The notes under the pieces: generated by a model
What the model saw: the letters and a program-made list of their open reading frames with translations, nothing else
The model's database searches: none
Told to the model about the DNA's origin: nothing
Translations under genes and position numbers: made by a program
In this document: positions 18,752 through 28,086 of the stretch, piece after piece
Layout: the number at the start of each line of letters is the position of its first letter
Position numbering within the stretch: position 1 is the first letter of the stretch
NCBI GenBank assembly: GCA_030681475.1
Contig: JAUXWT010000085.1
Location: forward strand, 4,226 to 68,225
DNA: 64,000 bases
Reading direction: 5' to 3'
Source of the DNA: Bacteroidales bacterium
GTDB lineage: Bacteria > Bacteroidota > Bacteroidia > Bacteroidales > FEN-979

Positions 18752-19909
18752 ATGAACCTGAGCTCCATTATAACGCTGAATGAGAAGTCTGTACAAAATA
18801 ACATTGACTTTCTGAAGAAAAAACTTGGCAAGAATGTGAAGATATCAGCCGTGGTTAAAGCCAATGCTTATGGACATGGCATAGAGCATATTGTACCTCT
18901 CTTTGAAAAACATGGAATTGACCATTACTCGGTTTTCTACTACAGCGAAGCCGTCAGGGTCTTAAACAGCCTGTCAGGTCACTCGACTATAATGATCATG
19001 GGATGGATCTCTGATGAAAACATAAAGGATGCCATTGAAAATGGATTTGAGTTTTTTGTTTTCAACATTGAGCGTTTACAGGTTGCCCTGGAAAATGCAA
19101 AAAAACTCAAAATAAAGGCAAAAATTCATCTGGAAGCAGAGACAGGAATGAACCGGTCGGGTTTAAATGCTAAGGTACTGAACGAGGCGATATCAATGAT
19201 CATTGAGAATAAAGAGTTTTTTGAAGTTGTAGGGTTTTGCACCCATCTGGCCGGACCCGAGAGCATTTCAAACCATTTAAGAATTCAGAAACAGATCAAA
19301 AAATATCAAAAAATGTTATTCGTTCTGAAAGCGAATGATATCATCCCGAAATACAGACATGTTGCCAATTCTGCTGCGTCATTTGTTTATCCGAAAACAA
19401 GATTTGACCTGGTGAGAATCGGGATTATGATCTACGGCTTCTGGTCAAGCACTGAAACGTTCATCCATTACATCAACAATAAGCGGGACAAAACAGACCC
19501 CCTGAAAAGAATACTTGGGTGGAACAGCCAGATCATGTCAATAAAAGAGATAAAGTCGGGCGAGTTTGTCAGCTACGGGATTTCGTATCTGGCACAAACC
19601 GACATAAGAACAGCCCTGATACCTATCGGATACGCCAGCGGATACAGCCGTTCGCTCAGCAATAAAGGGCGGGTGCTGATCCGCGGGCAAAGATGCGGGG
19701 TGATCGGCGTAGTGAATATGAATATGATCATTGCCGATATTACCAATGTTCCTGATGTTGAAATCGGCGACGAAGTGGTAATTATCGGAAAGCAGGGCGA
19801 TTTGGAAATCAAGGTAAGCGCTTTCAGCGATATCAGCGATATGCTTAATTACGAAGTATTAACGCATTTGCCAGCCAGTTTGACAAGAAAAATACTATTA
19901 AACCAGTAA
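18752..19909 (+). CDS. alr: Alanine racemase
   Basis: 385 aa. PLP-lysine motif VVKANAYGHG, plus RIGIMIYG and the C-terminal YEVLTHL pattern. It starts 2 nt after the upstream stop. Confidence 0.85.
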   Translation: MNLSSIITLNEKSVQNNIDFLKKKLGKNVKISAVVKANAYGHGIEHIVPLFEKHGIDHYSVFYYSEAVRVLNSLSGHSTIMIMGWISDENIKDAIENGFEFFVFNIERLQVALENAKKLKIKAKIHLEAETGMNRSGLNAKVLNEAISMIIENKEFFEVVGFCTHLAGPESISNHLRIQKQIKKYQKMLFVLKANDIIPKYRHVANSAASFVYPKTRFDLVRIGIMIYGFWSSTETFIHYINNKRDKTDPLKRILGWNSQIMSIKEIKSGEFVSYGISYLAQTDIRTALIPIGYASGYSRSLSNKGRVLIRGQRCGVIGVVNMNMIIADITNVPDVEIGDEVVIIGKQGDLEIKVSAFSDISDMLNYEVLTHLPASLTRKILLNQ

Positions 19910-19911
19910 AG

Positions 19912-20994
19912 ATGGCTTTCATAACATTAAACACGAAAAAGTTAAAATCAAATTTTGATTTTCTTCACAAACTGTTCAAAAAGAATGACATTAAATGGTC
20001 TGTAGTGTCAAAACTGCTTTGTGGGAATAAAGAATATCTAACCGAATTATTAAAGCTTGATATAAATCAAGTGTGCGACTCGCGAGTTTCAAACCTGAAA
20101 ACCATAAAGTCCATAAAGCCTGATATTGAAACTATTTACATAAAGCCACCTGCCAAACGCTCTATCAGGCAGATTGTAAAATATGCCGATATCAGCATGA
20201 ATACCGAAATAGAGACCATCCGGTATTTGTCGGAGGAGGCTTATAAACAGCATAAGGTTCATAAGATCATTATCATGATCGAGCTTGGCGACCTTCGCGA
20301 AGGGGTAATGGGTGAAAATTTCATGAAATTTTATGAAAATGTATTTAAACTAAAAAACATCGAAGTGGTCGGAATCGGCACAAACCTTTCGTGCCTGTAT
20401 GGCGTACTTCCCAATCATGATAAATTAGTGCAGTTGAGTTTGTATGAACAATTGGTGGAAGCCAGATTTGACAGGCCGATACCGTACGTTTCCGGAGGAT
20501 CATCAGTAACCATTCCATTAATTTTTCAAAAATTATTGCCAAAAGGGGTCAACCATTTCAGAGTGGGAGAAACATTGTTTTTGGGAACAGATGTTTACAA
20601 TGATAAGCCTTTAAAAAACATGCATTTTGATGTTTTCAAACTTTACACCGAAATCATTGAATTAATTGAAAAACCACTTTTACCATCGGGGGATACCGGA
20701 ACAAATGTTGACGGACACAGTTATGAATACGATGAAAAATTAGAAGGAAAAACATCAGTCAGGGCCATTGTTGACATCGGGCTCCTTGATGTTGAAGAAA
20801 AGCATATTGAACCCGTCGATCAAAAAATCAGGATCACCGGGGCAAGTTCGGATATGATCGTTGTTGATTTAGGCAGTAATAGCGACAATTATAAAGTAGG
20901 GGATCTGCTCGAATTTAAAATGGACTACATGGGAACCCTGAGGATTCTGAATTCAAAATATGTTGAGAAGAGAATTAATGTCCAGGTCCGTTGA
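19912..20994 (+). CDS. Alanine/ornithine-racemase-family PLP enzyme (YhfX/Orr-like predicted amino-acid racemase)
   Basis: 360 aa. It has SVVSKLLCG in place of the Alr VVKANAYG block, as in COG3457-type racemases. It starts 2 nt after the alr stop. Confidence 0.65.
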   Translation: MAFITLNTKKLKSNFDFLHKLFKKNDIKWSVVSKLLCGNKEYLTELLKLDINQVCDSRVSNLKTIKSIKPDIETIYIKPPAKRSIRQIVKYADISMNTEIETIRYLSEEAYKQHKVHKIIIMIELGDLREGVMGENFMKFYENVFKLKNIEVVGIGTNLSCLYGVLPNHDKLVQLSLYEQLVEARFDRPIPYVSGGSSVTIPLIFQKLLPKGVNHFRVGETLFLGTDVYNDKPLKNMHFDVFKLYTEIIELIEKPLLPSGDTGTNVDGHSYEYDEKLEGKTSVRAIVDIGLLDVEEKHIEPVDQKIRITGASSDMIVVDLGSNSDNYKVGDLLEFKMDYMGTLRILNSKYVEKRINVQVR

Positions 20995-21119
20995 CAAATA
21001 TCAATCCCACCTTTGATATATTACAGCCCCCGGATCACAATTATCAGATAAACAATCAAATAGCAATAGGATATAGATGTTTCTCACTATATCCTGTTAG
21101 GTCGTCTCATATTAATTTT

Positions 21120-21127
21120 TAACTTTG
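21120..21127 (+). promoter_or_regulatory. Candidate -7 box TAACTTTG for the nuo operon
   Basis: Matches TAnnTTTG, 27 nt upstream of the nuoA ATG. A 9-bp inverted repeat AGGATATAG...CTATATCCT lies at 21068-21095 just upstream. Confidence 0.4.
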
Positions 21128-21153
21128 CCGCCACATCTGTTAAAAGATTCACT

Positions 21154-21504
21154 ATGAGTGCTGAAAGTCTGATATTGTTCTTTATTGTCGGGGCTTTTCT
21201 GGTGGGATTCGCCATCGTGTTCTCGATCTTTGTCGCTCCCACCTCGACCAACCCTCAAAAAGCCGAACCCTACGAATGCGGGATCCCGACCGAGGGTCTT
21301 ACGTGGCTTCAATTCAATGTGGGGTACTATTTATTCGCCATCATCTTCCTGATTTTCGATGTCGAAGCTGTATTCATTTTTCCCTGGGCCGTGGTAATGA
21401 AAGAAATGGGAATGATCGCCTTTGTTGAAATCGTCATTTTCTTTTTTGTTTTGGGACTGGGCCTTTTATATGCCTGGAAGAAAGGAGCTTTGAAATGGGA
21501 ATAA
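21154..21504 (+). CDS. nuoA: NADH-quinone oxidoreductase subunit A
   Basis: 116 aa, 3 [10 protein letters not shown] motif. Confidence 0.9.
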   Translation: MSAESLILFFIVGAFLVGFAIVFSIFVAPTSTNPQKAEPYECGIPTEGLTWLQFNVGYYLFAIIFLIFDVEAVFIFPWAVVMKEMGMIAFVEIVIFFFVLGLGLLYAWKKGALKWE

Positions 21505-22046
21505 AAAACATGAAAGACGAGGATTTCCGTGATAATGAAACCCTTGAGCTTTTCAAAAAATCCGGTGGAAATATATTGATGACCACCATCGATGCCGTAA
21601 TTGACTGGGGACGTTCGAACTCTATCTGGCCGCTTACCTTTGCCACAAGTTGCTGCGGGATAGAAATGATGGCCGCAGGCGCCTCCCGCCACGACTTTGC
21701 CCGTTTCGGGATCGAGGTGTATCGTGCTTCTCCCCGGCAGGCCGATGTGATCGTGGTGGCCGGAACTGTCGTAAATAAAATGGCGCCGGTACTCAAACGG
21801 TTGTATGACCAGATGTCGGACCCCAAATATGTCATTGCCATGGGCGCCTGCGCCGTATCCGGCGGCCCGTTTTTTTACAACACCTATCATGTGGTGCGTG
21901 GTGTTGACCATGTTATTCCCGTTGATGTATATGTGCCAGGCTGTCCGCCGCGCCCCGAAGCCCTGCTTTACGGCGTGATGCAGCTCCAGCGCAAGATCAA
22001 ACTGGAAACCATGTCAAGCCCCAGACAAACTGTTGAATTAAAATAG
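21495..22046 (+). CDS. nuoB: NADH-quinone oxidoreductase subunit B
   Basis: N2-cluster motifs [28 protein letters not shown]. Confidence 0.95.
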   Translation: MGIKNMKDEDFRDNETLELFKKSGGNILMTTIDAVIDWGRSNSIWPLTFATSCCGIEMMAAGASRHDFARFGIEVYRASPRQADVIVVAGTVVNKMAPVLKRLYDQMSDPKYVIAMGACAVSGGPFFYNTYHVVRGVDHVIPVDVYVPGCPPRPEALLYGVMQLQRKIKLETMSSPRQTVELK

Positions 22047-22059
22047 ATAAATTCTCAAG

Positions 22060-22518
22060 ATGGATAACACAGCTTTGCAGGAACGCATCCTGAGTCTGGT
22101 TCCGGACGCAGAATTTCAGGAAAATAAACAATTCCTTACTTTCATCATCCCGCCGGCAAAAATGCATGATCTGGCCTTTAAACTTAAAAATGAGCCTGAC
22201 CTATCCTTCGATTTTCTGTTCTGCCTTACGGGCGTTGACATGGTGCAATTTCTTGAAGTTGTGTACCATATCGAATCAACCGAACATAAGCACCAACTGG
22301 AACTTAAAGTCCGCACCCACGATCGTGAAAACGGCGCCGTGGATACTGTATGCGATATATGGAGAACTGCCGAATTCCATGAACGGGAGATTTACGACCT
22401 GCTGGGTATCCGCTTCAACAACCACCCTGACCTGCGCAGACTGTTCCTGGAAGAGAACTGGATCGGACACCCGCTCCGTAAAGATTATGTTGATGAAGTT
22501 AACATCGTAGAATTTTAA
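22060..22518 (+). CDS. nuoC: NADH-quinone oxidoreductase subunit C
   Basis: EFHEREIYDLLGIRFNNHPDLRRL motif. Confidence 0.9.
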   Translation: MDNTALQERILSLVPDAEFQENKQFLTFIIPPAKMHDLAFKLKNEPDLSFDFLFCLTGVDMVQFLEVVYHIESTEHKHQLELKVRTHDRENGAVDTVCDIWRTAEFHEREIYDLLGIRFNNHPDLRRLFLEENWIGHPLRKDYVDEVNIVEF

Positions 22519-22521
22519 GGT

Positions 22522-23649
22522 ATGAAAGAGATCATTAACCTTCCTGTCAAGAATGTTGAGGAGGAGGAGTACCATATCAACATGGGGCCGCAGCACCCCT
22601 CAACGCATGGTGTATTAAGGTTGGTTGTTTCGCTCCAGGGAGAGATCGTTAAAAGCCTGAAACCTCATTGCGGGTACATCCACCGGGGGATAGAGAAGAT
22701 GTGTGAAAAGGATACCTATCCCCAGATCATCCATCTCACCGACCGGATGGACTACCTTTCGGCTCACATCAACAACCATGCGGTTTGCATGCTCGTTGAA
22801 AATGCCCTTGAAGTAGAGGTTCCTGAAAGGGTAAAATACATCCGTACCATTGTCGATGAACTCAATCGCATCGCTTCCCACCAGCTTTGGTGGTGTAGTT
22901 TTGGTATGGATATGGGCGGATTGACCTGCTTTTTTTATGGTCTGCGCGACCGTGAAAAAATTCTCGACATATTCGAAGAGTCATTCGGCTCAAGATTGCT
23001 TCACAGTTATTATACACCTGGCGGGCTGATGATGGACATCCACCCGGATTTCCAGAAAAATGTAAAGGCCTTTATCAAATACTTCCGTAAAAAGATCAAG
23101 GATTATGATGAACTGCTTACAGGCAACATCATCATGCAGTTGCGAACCAAGGGCGTCGGAATCCTTTCCAAAGAAGATGCCATCAGCTATGGCGTTACAG
23201 GCCCTTCGGGCCGTGCTTCAGGTTTTGCCTGCGACGTGCGCAAACATCACCCGTATGGCGTTTACGACAAGGTAGTCTTCAACGAAGTAATGGGAACCGC
23301 CGGAGACACTTTTGAACGTTACATGATGAGAATGCATGAGATGCATGAATCGATGAAGATCATCGAGCAACTCATCGACAACATACCTCCCGGCGATTAT
23401 ACAACGAAAATGAAAGCTGTGCTCAAACTGCCTGCCGGGGAATATTTCCAGCGCGTTGAGGCTGCACGCGGCGAACTTGGTGTTTATGTGATCAGCGACG
23501 GTAACAAGAGCCCGTACCGCATGAAGTTCCGCTCGCCGAATTTTTCCAACCTCAGCGTACTTGATCATGTCAGCCGTGGTTGTAAAATCGCCGACCTGGT
23601 TGCTATTGGCGGGTCATTGGATTATGTTATTCCTGATATTGACAGATAA
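22522..23649 (+). CDS. nuoD: NADH-quinone oxidoreductase subunit D
   Basis: NMGPQHPSTHGVLRL and C-terminal DYVIPDIDR motifs. Confidence 0.95.
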   Translation: MKEIINLPVKNVEEEEYHINMGPQHPSTHGVLRLVVSLQGEIVKSLKPHCGYIHRGIEKMCEKDTYPQIIHLTDRMDYLSAHINNHAVCMLVENALEVEVPERVKYIRTIVDELNRIASHQLWWCSFGMDMGGLTCFFYGLRDREKILDIFEESFGSRLLHSYYTPGGLMMDIHPDFQKNVKAFIKYFRKKIKDYDELLTGNIIMQLRTKGVGILSKEDAISYGVTGPSGRASGFACDVRKHHPYGVYDKVVFNEVMGTAGDTFERYMMRMHEMHESMKIIEQLIDNIPPGDYTTKMKAVLKLPAGEYFQRVEAARGELGVYVISDGNKSPYRMKFRSPNFSNLSVLDHVSRGCKIADLVAIGGSLDYVIPDIDR

Positions 23650-23661
23650 TAAAACTTATCT

Positions 23662-24750
23662 ATGAACTTTAGCATCTACGACTTTACGTCATTCACCCAA
23701 TGGATCGATAAGCTCCTGTACGACAACCTGCCGGCTTTCTGGGCCGTTGTCGTGGAAATGACCATCATTGGCTTGCTTGTACTGCTTTTTTACGCGCTTA
23801 TCGGCCTGTTCCTGGTGTATGCCGAACGGAAGGTTTGCGCGTTCATGCAGAACCGTGTCGGACCGAACAGGGTAGGCCCCTTTGGATTTTTCCAGACCAT
23901 TGCCGACCTCCTCAAGCTCCTGATGAAGGAGTTGGTATATATTAAAAATGCAGACAGCTTGTTGTTCAATATTGCCCCATTTATTGTGATCATAGCGTCG
24001 TTTATGGCCATCGCAGCCATCCCTTTTGCAAAAGGGCTGCATGCCATCGATTTTGATATCGGGGTCCTTTACGTGATCGCCGTATCATCGCTGGGGGTTG
24101 TCGGAATCCTCCTGGCCGGGTGGTCGAGCAACAACAAATACTCACTTATCGGCGCAATGCGCTCGGGAGCACAGATCGTGAGTTATGAACTTTCGGTGGG
24201 TCTGTCGCTGGTGACCATTATCATTCTAGCCGGTACCATGCAATTCTCTGCCATGGTTGAAGGTCAGGCCAATGGCTGGTTTATTTTCAAGGGGCATATC
24301 CCCGCCTTCATCGCCTTCATCGTATTTCTTATCGCCAGTACCGCCGAAACCAACCGTGGCCCATTTGACCTGGCCGAGGCAGAATCGGAACTGACGGCAG
24401 GATTTCATACCGAATATTCAGGGATAAAGTTTGCCTTTTTCTTCCTGGCCGAATACATGAACATGTTCATCCTGGCTTCCATTGCCGCTACAGTATTCCT
24501 TGGCGGATGGATGCCGTTCCATGTTGGCGGTTGGGAAGGATTCAACCACATCATGGATTTCATCCCGCCATTTGTGTGGTACATCGGTAAGACCTTCTTT
24601 ATTATCTGGATAATGATGTGGTTCAAATGGACCTTCCCGAGGTTGAGGATCGACCAGTTGTTGACCCTGGAATGGAAATACTTGTTACCCATCAACCTGG
24701 TCAATATTCTTATCATGGCATTTATTGTATTAATGGGTTGGCATTTTTAG
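23662..24750 (+). CDS. nuoH: NADH-quinone oxidoreductase subunit H
   Basis: [20 protein letters not shown] and [16 protein letters not shown] motifs. Confidence 0.95.
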   Translation: MNFSIYDFTSFTQWIDKLLYDNLPAFWAVVVEMTIIGLLVLLFYALIGLFLVYAERKVCAFMQNRVGPNRVGPFGFFQTIADLLKLLMKELVYIKNADSLLFNIAPFIVIIASFMAIAAIPFAKGLHAIDFDIGVLYVIAVSSLGVVGILLAGWSSNNKYSLIGAMRSGAQIVSYELSVGLSLVTIIILAGTMQFSAMVEGQANGWFIFKGHIPAFIAFIVFLIASTAETNRGPFDLAEAESELTAGFHTEYSGIKFAFFFLAEYMNMFILASIAATVFLGGWMPFHVGGWEGFNHIMDFIPPFVWYIGKTFFIIWIMMWFKWTFPRLRIDQLLTLEWKYLLPINLVNILIMAFIVLMGWHF

Positions 24751-24756
24751 AAAACT

Positions 24757-25239
24757 ATGAACAGCTTTTTCGAATACTTTGCAGATATCTTTCGCGCGGT
24801 TAAATCGCTCCTGACAGGGATGAAGGTAACCGGCAGATATTTCTTCAGCCCCTGGGAGATCGTAACCCAGCAGTACCCGGAAAACCGGAAGACCCTGAAA
24901 ATGTACGACCGGTTCAAGGGTGAAGTGATCATGCCGCACAATGAGCACAACGAACATCGCTGCACCGGCTGCGGAATATGCGAAACGGCCTGCCCCAATG
25001 GAAGCATCGAGATCATCCAGGCGAAGATCGACATGCCCGACGGGAAAAAGAAACGCATCATCGACAAACACATTTACCGTTTAGGAATGTGCACTTTTTG
25101 CGGACTTTGTATAAAATCTTGCCCGTCGGATGCACTGGCCTGGGGCCAGGAATTCGAACATGCGGTATTCGACCGGTCGAAACTGAACAAGACCTTGAAT
25201 CAACCCGGATCATCCATCATAAAAGATATTGTAGAATGA
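24757..25239 (+). CDS. nuoI: NADH-quinone oxidoreductase subunit I
   Basis: Two CxxCxxCxxxCP motifs (CTGCGICETACP, CTFCGLCIKSCP). Confidence 0.9.
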   Translation: MNSFFEYFADIFRAVKSLLTGMKVTGRYFFSPWEIVTQQYPENRKTLKMYDRFKGEVIMPHNEHNEHRCTGCGICETACPNGSIEIIQAKIDMPDGKKKRIIDKHIYRLGMCTFCGLCIKSCPSDALAWGQEFEHAVFDRSKLNKTLNQPGSSIIKDIVE

Positions 25240-25748
25240 CACCAAATCAATTGATGTTTGCGATCTTCTCGGCAGTCATTATCATTTTTTCCATTCTGAC
25301 TGTGACCAGCCGGCGAATCCTTCGGGCGGCCACCTACCTTTTGTTCGTACTGGTGGCTACCGGGGGTATGTATTTCCTGCTGAGGTTTAACTACCTTGCA
25401 GCCATACAGCTTGCATTGTATGCCGGAGGCATTGTGGTGCTGATCATTTTTTCGATCCTCCTTACCAGTCATATCGCAGAAAAACTGGAAAAACCCGGCT
25501 TGAAAAAGATAATCCCCGCCTTTCTTGCTGCAGCCGGCGGTGCATTGATTTCCATTGCAACCATCCTGCAACACAATTTTCCGGCAGAGGTTGTCTCGGG
25601 AGGAGACCGTACGAACATCACCATGATCGCAAAAAGCCTGATCAGTACTGAAAAATATGGATATGCACTGCCGTTCGAGGTGATCAGCATCCTGTTGCTG
25701 GCCGCTATGGTGGGAGCCATCATCCTGGCAAAGAAACGTAAAGATTAA
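25236..25748 (+). CDS. nuoJ: NADH-quinone oxidoreductase subunit J
   Basis: The start is moved to the ATG at 25236 (ATGA overlap with the nuoI stop). It is a hydrophobic 170-aa protein MTPNQLMFAIFSAVIIIFS... The upstream part of track ORF 24978-25748 overlaps nuoI out of frame. Confidence 0.85.
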   Translation: MTPNQLMFAIFSAVIIIFSILTVTSRRILRAATYLLFVLVATGGMYFLLRFNYLAAIQLALYAGGIVVLIIFSILLTSHIAEKLEKPGLKKIIPAFLAAAGGALISIATILQHNFPAEVVSGGDRTNITMIAKSLISTEKYGYALPFEVISILLLAAMVGAIILAKKRKD

Positions 25749-25768
25749 TTTTTAAATATCCTGACAAT

Positions 25769-26086
25769 ATGTTTGAAGGCGTACCATTACACTGGTTTTT
25801 GATCACCGGCACCATCATGTTCTTTGTCGGTATTTATGGATTTCTGGTCAGGAAAAATCTGATCACGATACTCATGTCGATCGAGTTGATCCTGAATTCG
25901 GTCAACATCAACTTTGTTGCCTTTAACAAAATACTCTATCCCGATCACCTGGAGGGGATGTTTTTCAGTCTTTTCATCATTGCGGTTGCAGCAGCGGAAG
26001 CAGCAGTGGTTATTGCCATTATTATCAACATTTATCGCCGGCTTGTCAGCATCAATGTGGAGAAAATGGATGAAATGAAGTACTAA
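25769..26086 (+). CDS. nuoK: NADH-quinone oxidoreductase subunit K
   Basis: 105 aa, 3 TM, with the conserved Glu-containing SIELILNSVN segment. Confidence 0.9.
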   Translation: MFEGVPLHWFLITGTIMFFVGIYGFLVRKNLITILMSIELILNSVNINFVAFNKILYPDHLEGMFFSLFIIAVAAAEAAVVIAIIINIYRRLVSINVEKMDEMKY

Positions 26087-26090
26087 TCGA

Positions 26091-26134
26091 CCCCCACCCA
26101 ACCCTCCCCCCGCGGGGGGAGGGTTGGGTGGGGG
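26091..26134. repeat. Perfect 44-bp G/C-tract palindrome (REP-like), nuoK-nuoL intercistronic
   Basis: CCCCCACCCAACCCTCCCCCCG | CGGGGGGAGGGTTGGGTGGGGG. The arms are exact reverse complements. The right arm has four G-runs of at least 3. Confidence 0.95.
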
Positions 26135-26148
26135 CATACAAAAACGTT

Positions 26149-28074
26149 ATGGTTGATTTCAGTTACACTGTTTGGATCCTGCTGATACCCCTGATCATGT
26201 TCGTGGTAGTCGGCCTGTTCGGGAACCGTTTTAAGCCACTGGTCTCCGGTATCGCCGGAACTGCCGGCCTCTTTGTGATGTGGATACTGTCGCTGATCAC
26301 GGCCTACAAGTACTTCTTTGTGCTTGAAAAGGCAGCCGACGGCTCCTTTCAGAAGCTTTTGGCCTTTAACATGCGCTGGCTGAACCTCACTGACACCCTG
26401 CACATCGATATGGGAGTACTTCTTGATCCCATCTCCATCATGATGCTGATCGTGATCACCACCGTTTCGTTCATGGTACATGTTTACTCCATTGGTTACA
26501 TGGATGGTGAAAAGGGGTTCATGCGCTTTTTTGCTACCTTATCGTTGTTCAGTTTCTCGATGCTGGGGCTGGTTGTCGCTACAAACCTTTTCCAGATGTA
26601 CATCTTCTGGGAACTTGTCGGCGTTTCCTCTTACCTGCTGATCGGCTTCTATTACACCAGGGATTCGGCGGTCGCCGCATCCAAAAAAGCTTTTATCGTT
26701 ACACGTTTCGCCGATCTGGGGTTTCTCATCGGGATCCTGATGCTCTCATTTTCGACCGGCACTTTTGACTTCCTTACCCTTACTGGCGCCAACAGTCCTG
26801 CATTCTCTTCCGGAACAGGGATCTTGTTCCTCGGACTGTCAACGATGACCTGGTCAATGATATTCATCTTCATGGGCGGCGCCGGAAAATCGGCGATGTT
26901 TCCGTTGCACATCTGGCTCCCCGATGCCATGGAGGGCCCCACGCCTGTTTCAGCCCTTATCCATGCCGCCACCATGGTGGTTGCCGGGGTTTACCTGGTG
27001 GCCCGTCTTTTTCCAATTTACATATTTGCGGCGCCTGTCGCCCTTGATGTGGTCATGTATGTGGGAGCATTCAGCTCCATATTTGCGGCGATCATTGCCT
27101 GCACCCAATTTGATATCAAACGGGTTCTTGCGTACTCCACCATGTCGCAGATCGGCATGATGATGTTCGCGCTCGGGGTTTCAGGATATGGCGGACATGA
27201 AGGGCTGGGTTATATGGCCTCCATGTTCCACCTCTTTACCCATGCATTTTTTAAATCATTGCTGTTCCTCGGCGCCGGAGCCATCATTCATGCAGTTCAT
27301 ACGAATGTGATGAATGAAATGGGCGGCTTGCGGAAATACCTGCCCATTACCCATGCAACCTTTCTGATCGCATGCCTCGCCATCGCCGGTATTCCCCCGC
27401 TGTCGGGGTTCTTCAGTAAAGATGAGATTCTGGCGGCCGGGCATGATAAAAGCATGTTGCTTTATATCGTGGAAAGCATTGTTTCGGGGTTAACAGCCTT
27501 TTATATGTTCCGACTCTATTTTTCAATTTTCTGGGGCAAGGAAACCCATTATCACCATACGCCTCATGAAGCGTCAAAAACCATGACGATTCCATTGATG
27601 CTCCTGGCGGTTGGCGCACTGCTGGCCGGATTGATCCCCTTCTCCATGTTTGTATCGTCCGATCGTATGCCGTTCCATTCGCACATCGAAATGGGCATTG
27701 CCATTCCTGCTGTTCTGGTTGGGTTGATCGGTATTTTTACGGCCATGCTTTTCTACAGGAAAGAGACCAGCCTGCCCGACAAGATTTACAATGCTCTTGG
27801 TGGATTTTCAAAGGCAGCTTTTCACAAATTCTACATTGATGAAGTATATCTTTTTATCACCAAGAAGATCATTTTCAACTATATTTCCCGTCCCATAGCA
27901 TGGTTCGACCGCCACATTGTCGACGGAGCCATGAACGGCATCGCTTACGTGACCAACGAAACCTCCGAAGGTATCAAGCGATTTCAATCGGGACAACTGC
28001 AACATTATGCACTCGTATTTGTTTCCGGCGTGATTTTGTTCACCTTGTTATTCACCTATTTACTGACCAACTAA
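26149..28074 (+). CDS. nuoL: NADH-quinone oxidoreductase subunit L
   Basis: Antiporter-like subunit with the WELVGVSSYLLIGF motif. The ATG at 26149 (MVDFSYTVW...) is preferred over the track GTG at 26128, which lies inside the palindrome. Confidence 0.9.
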   Translation: MVDFSYTVWILLIPLIMFVVVGLFGNRFKPLVSGIAGTAGLFVMWILSLITAYKYFFVLEKAADGSFQKLLAFNMRWLNLTDTLHIDMGVLLDPISIMMLIVITTVSFMVHVYSIGYMDGEKGFMRFFATLSLFSFSMLGLVVATNLFQMYIFWELVGVSSYLLIGFYYTRDSAVAASKKAFIVTRFADLGFLIGILMLSFSTGTFDFLTLTGANSPAFSSGTGILFLGLSTMTWSMIFIFMGGAGKSAMFPLHIWLPDAMEGPTPVSALIHAATMVVAGVYLVARLFPIYIFAAPVALDVVMYVGAFSSIFAAIIACTQFDIKRVLAYSTMSQIGMMMFALGVSGYGGHEGLGYMASMFHLFTHAFFKSLLFLGAGAIIHAVHTNVMNEMGGLRKYLPITHATFLIACLAIAGIPPLSGFFSKDEILAAGHDKSMLLYIVESIVSGLTAFYMFRLYFSIFWGKETHYHHTPHEASKTMTIPLMLLAVGALLAGLIPFSMFVSSDRMPFHSHIEMGIAIPAVLVGLIGIFTAMLFYRKETSLPDKIYNALGGFSKAAFHKFYIDEVYLFITKKIIFNYISRPIAWFDRHIVDGAMNGIAYVTNETSEGIKRFQSGQLQHYALVFVSGVILFTLLFTYLLTN

Positions 28075-28086
28075 TATCCAGGAACA

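Noticed and set aside
21327-21911. 194- and 135-aa minus-strand ORFs over nuoA/nuoB
   Set aside because: They are antisense to strongly conserved nuo genes, and no motifs were recognised. Similar shadow ORFs occur across nuoD-nuoN and were ignored.
24978-25235. Long N-terminal extension of the nuoJ ORF
   Set aside because: It overlaps nuoI in another frame and is Arg/His-rich nonsense. The hydrophobic NuoJ sequence begins at the ATG at 25236, which overlaps the nuoI stop (ATGA).
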